Shown: positions 59,451-62,714 of the stretch, piece by piece | How positions within the stretch are numbered: position 1 is the first letter of the stretch | How the letters are laid out: each line of letters starts with the position of its first letter | Assembly (NCBI GenBank): GCA_023261755.1 | Contig: JAGDXS010000005.1 | Location: 1-62,714 of the forward strand | Source of the DNA: Thermoplasmata archaeon | GTDB taxonomy: Archaea; Thermoplasmatota; Thermoplasmata; Thermoplasmatales; ARK-15 | Direction of reading: 5' to 3' | DNA length: 62,714 nucleotides | Made by a program: the position numbers and the translations under genes | The notes under the pieces: model-generated | What the model was told of the DNA's origin: nothing | Seen by the model: only the letters and a program-made list of their open reading frames with translations | Databases searched by the model: none

Positions 59451-60808
59451 ATCTGACCCTCTGATGTATCTTCAACAGCAATTCCATTTTCCCTTAATTT
59501 TAATCTTATGTAATCTGAAATTTCAAACAATTTTTTTTCCTTTGTTAATTTTCTTGTATCCAATAAAATTTCAATAAATTTCTCAACTGAGGAATCATTT
59601 CTAGGTAATATTTTCATAATTCTGTCAATGTCCTCTAGAAATGTTAATGCTGATTCTTTATCCAGGTTTGAGAATTTCTCCATATTTTTGTTTACAAATG
59701 CTATGAAACTCTGAATTACACTTATTGCTAAAGGAGTATTCATATCATCATCCATAGCATTTTCAAACTCTTTTCTGAACCTATTAATTTCAGCAACAAA
59801 AACAGGCTCTGATTCTTTTGCATTCAACGACTTTAGTTTTGAATGTGAAATAACAATCTTTTCCCAGCTCTGTTTTGCAAGATCTAATGATTCTGGCGAA
59901 TAATCAACAGGAGATCTATAATGTGATGATAAAAGGAAAAACCTCAATAATTCAGGCCTAACCTCTTTTAAAATCTCCCTTATGTTTATCACATTTCCCA
60001 TGGATTTGCCCATCCTTTCCTGCCTAACTGTTAGAAGACCTGTATGGAGCCAATAATTGACCATAGGTTTCTTTCCACTTACACTTTCCATCTGCGCTAT
60101 TTCGCATTCGTGGTGTGGAAATATTAAATCCGACCCCCCTCCATGAACATCATACTGGGGACCGAAATGAAATTCTGTTATGGCCGTGTCTTCAATGTGC
60201 CAGCCAGGTCTTCCATCCCCCCAAGGGGATGGCCAAAAAGGTTCACCCTCCTTCCTTTTCTTCCATAATGCAAAATCTGCGGGATTTTTTTTATTTTCAT
60301 TTATGTCCACTCTTGCTCCAGCTTTTATTGAATCAAGAGACTGGTGTGATAGTTTGCCATATTCAGGGAATTTTGATATGTCAAAATATACACCATCATT
60401 GGTCACATAAGCATAACCCTTTTCAAGTAAACGCTTGACTTGATCAATTATTTCATTTATGTAAAATGTAGCTGGTGCGTAAAGGTTTACTCCATTCACC
60501 CTTAATTTAAGCATATCTTGAATGTATTCATTGTAATATTTCTTAGATATTTCAAATGGATCCACACCAAGATCATTTGCTTTTTTTATTATTTTATCGT
60601 CAACATCAGTTATATTTTGCAAATAAAATACTTCATAACCTTTATATCTTAGATATTCTGAAAATGTATCAAAAAATATGTATGTTCTTGCATGGCCTAT
60701 ATGAGAATAATCATATACAGTTGGACCGCAGACGAAAATATTTACCCTTTTACCATAAATTGGTTTGAATTCTTTCTTTTCCCTGTTTAAGGTATCATAC
60801 AGCTTCAT
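59435..60808 (-). CDS. cysS: Cysteine--tRNA ligase
   Basis: CGPTVYD, HIGH, GRPGWHIE, FPHHE, RMGKS (KMSKS variant). Confidence 0.95.
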   Translation of the reverse strand: MKLYDTLNREKKEFKPIYGKRVNIFVCGPTVYDYSHIGHARTYIFFDTFSEYLRYKGYEVFYLQNITDVDDKIIKKANDLGVDPFEISKKYYNEYIQDMLKLRVNGVNLYAPATFYINEIIDQVKRLLEKGYAYVTNDGVYFDISKFPEYGKLSHQSLDSIKAGARVDINENKKNPADFALWKKRKEGEPFWPSPWGDGRPGWHIEDTAITEFHFGPQYDVHGGGSDLIFPHHECEIAQMESVSGKKPMVNYWLHTGLLTVRQERMGKSMGNVINIREILKEVRPELLRFFLLSSHYRSPVDYSPESLDLAKQSWEKIVISHSKLKSLNAKESEPVFVAEINRFRKEFENAMDDDMNTPLAISVIQSFIAFVNKNMEKFSNLDKESALTFLEDIDRIMKILPRNDSSVEKFIEILLDTRKLTKEKKLFEISDYIRLKLRENGIAVEDTSEGQIWYRI

Positions 60809-61003
60809 GCTAGGGAGATAAATTTTTTTAGTATATAATTATTAATGATTTTCATTTTTAAAAATTTTCATAATAATAAAAAATAGCTTGATTTAAATAA
60901 TATTTTTTAAAATCGTGTATTTTATAAATAAAAACTAAATTCAAAAAAGGAAAATTTTATTATTTCATTTCATTTATTAAAAATTGCCCTAGAGTGAAAG
61001 ATC

Positions 61004-61462
61004 ATGAAATTTATTGTCGATAGCATGCTTGGTAAACTCGCAAAATATTTAAGATTTCTCGGATACGATACACTATATCCTGATAATAAAGTTACTGATA
61101 ATGAAATAATAGAAACTGCAAAAAAGGAAAATAGAATCCTTATCACAAGGGATAGGGAAATGGCTTCAAGATATGAAAAATCATTTTTGATAAGATCGTT
61201 AGATAGCATGGAACAGTTGAAAATAATTGTAAAAACATTTAATCTTAATAGTGATCATTTGCTTTCAAGATGCAGTATTTGCAATACAGAATTGATTAAA
61301 ATAAACAAGGAAAAGGTAAAGGGGAAAGTTCCAGAAAATGTGTACAAAAATTTTAATGAATTTTTTGTATGCCCATCATGTGGGCGATACTATTGGTTCG
61401 GTTCCCATGCGCAAAAAATTGAAAATACATTAAAAATGGTGGAAAAAAATGAAAATATATGA
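61004..61462 (+). CDS. Mut7-C RNase domain protein
   Basis: DSMLGKLAKYLRFLGYDT, LITRD, SRCSICN, CPSCGRYYWFGSH. Confidence 0.9.
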   Translation: MKFIVDSMLGKLAKYLRFLGYDTLYPDNKVTDNEIIETAKKENRILITRDREMASRYEKSFLIRSLDSMEQLKIIVKTFNLNSDHLLSRCSICNTELIKINKEKVKGKVPENVYKNFNEFFVCPSCGRYYWFGSHAQKIENTLKMVEKNENI

Positions 61463-62486
61463 AATTGATGAAAAAACAAAAAAAATTTCTCTGAAAATTA
61501 CTAATATGGATGACCTGTGGTTTTTGAATAATTTTTTAGAACAGGGTGATATTGTTTTTGGACAAATTTTCAGGAAGGAAGATGAAAGGAATGATTCAGT
61601 AAGATCAAAAAAAACTGAAAGGATTAGAATAAATGTAGGAATAGAATTGGAACATACTGAATTTCAGGATTTTTCAAATAGATTAAGAATTATGGGAATA
61701 ATTAAATTTGGCCCAGAGGAATATATAGGATTTCATCAAAGTCTGAATATTGATGTAGGCACAGACATTGAAATTATAAAAAAAGATTGGAAAAAGTATT
61801 ACATTGAAGAATTGAAAAGGGCAGAAGAAACATCACAATTGGTGATGTTTATTTCAATGGATGATGAAGAAGCTACTATTGCATTTTTAAGGGATTATGC
61901 AATTCAAATTTTTGCTGATATAAAATTAAAAAAGCCTTCAAAGGAAAGTGATGAAAAATTTGAAAATAATTATTCTGAAATTATCTCAAAGATAAAGCAA
62001 TACTGGATTGAAAACATGCCAATAATACTTGTAGGCCCAGGATTTTTTAAGGAAAATTTTTACAATGCAATTCCAGAACAGGAAAAATTCAAAAAATTAA
62101 TTGTAATTGTAAATACATCATATGCAGGTGAAAGGGGCATATATGAAGCATTGAACTCAGGTACTCTAGATACATTGCTTAAGGAACAACGTTTAAAAAT
62201 TGAAATTTCACTTGTCAATGAACTATTGGATGAAATTGGAAAGAATGGTAATTTTGCCTATGGATATGAAAATATAAAAAATGCAATTGACTATGGAGCT
62301 GTAAAGAAATTGCTTGTAGTGGATAAAAAAATTAGAGATGAAAAAATAATAACTTTAATGAAAGAGGCTGAAAAGCAAAATGCTGAAATCCATATAATCA
62401 GTTCAAGCCACGAATATGGTAAAATATTGGAAAATTTAGGAGGTATTGCTGCTGTTTTAAGGTTCAGTATTTCTAACCATCCCTGA
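61449..62486 (+). CDS. pelA: Pelota (ribosome rescue factor)
   Basis: [31 protein letters not shown]. Confidence 0.93.
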   Translation: MKIYEIDEKTKKISLKITNMDDLWFLNNFLEQGDIVFGQIFRKEDERNDSVRSKKTERIRINVGIELEHTEFQDFSNRLRIMGIIKFGPEEYIGFHQSLNIDVGTDIEIIKKDWKKYYIEELKRAEETSQLVMFISMDDEEATIAFLRDYAIQIFADIKLKKPSKESDEKFENNYSEIISKIKQYWIENMPIILVGPGFFKENFYNAIPEQEKFKKLIVIVNTSYAGERGIYEALNSGTLDTLLKEQRLKIEISLVNELLDEIGKNGNFAYGYENIKNAIDYGAVKKLLVVDKKIRDEKIITLMKEAEKQNAEIHIISSSHEYGKILENLGGIAAVLRFSISNHP

Positions 62487-62714
62487 CTCCTTCTGAATTA
62501 ATTACTATTACTACCTCACCTTCTGGATATGCGGGTGAATCTATTAATCTGGCAATCCTTTTATCACCCTTGGATTTTCTCAGTGAAATTCTGAATGTAG
62601 CTGTATGACCAACGATATTTCCACCTATTGGTTGATTTGGATCACCAAAAAATACATCCGGCCTTGATGAAACTTGGTTTGTCACAGCAACAACCGCATT
62701 GTATATGTCTGCAA
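62473..62714 (-). CDS. radA: RadA recombinase, C-terminal part (5' end outside the window)
   Basis: [28 protein letters not shown]...RIARLIDSP. Confidence 0.93.
   Translation of the reverse strand, partial: ADIYNAVVAVTNQVSSRPDVFFGDPNQPIGGNIVGHTATFRISLRKSKGDKRIARLIDSPAYPEGEVVIVINSEGVRDG

Noticed and set aside
752-61209. Many short ORFs in the track lying antisense or out of frame within long genes (e.g. 3208-3714, 33345-33749, 59113-59577, 37303-37550)
   Set aside because: They are shadows of well-supported genes or tRNAs and have no recognisable motifs.
1-62714. CRISPR arrays, rRNA, SRP or RNase P RNA, IS elements
   Set aside because: No spaced direct repeats, no long GC-rich non-coding stretch other than the three tRNAs, and no transposase motifs seen.

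Overview
AT-rich, very gene-dense archaeal chromosome segment, inferred to be from a Thermoplasmata lineage (RadA, Cdc6/Orc1, XerA, aIF-1A/RIO1/Dim2, Nob1, pelota, ArcS and RaSEA, a DUF6015-like gene, GGTGA-type ribosome-binding sites). It is mostly housekeeping and peptide-fermentation genes: 2-oxoacid:ferredoxin oxidoreductase, succinyl-CoA synthetase, tungsten AOR-family enzyme, M1 aminopeptidase, IadA and a dipeptide epimerase. There are three intronless tRNA genes: Leu-TAA, Leu-TAG and Cys-GCA. I saw no rRNA, CRISPR array or clear mobile element. Most notable: (1) a 270-aa ORF that aligns by eye along the whole FtsZ core but has lost the GTP-binding and catalytic motifs, coupled to a small DUF6015-like gene; (2) a 1568-aa helical-repeat rod protein ending in a RING-like C4HC3 finger; (3) a 607-aa protein made of two diverged ~300-aa copies of an unrecognised domain; (4) an MFS gene with a frameshift and an in-frame TAG; (5) truA ending inside the antisense tRNA-Cys gene. 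All family calls come from motif recognition by eye; no database searches were run.
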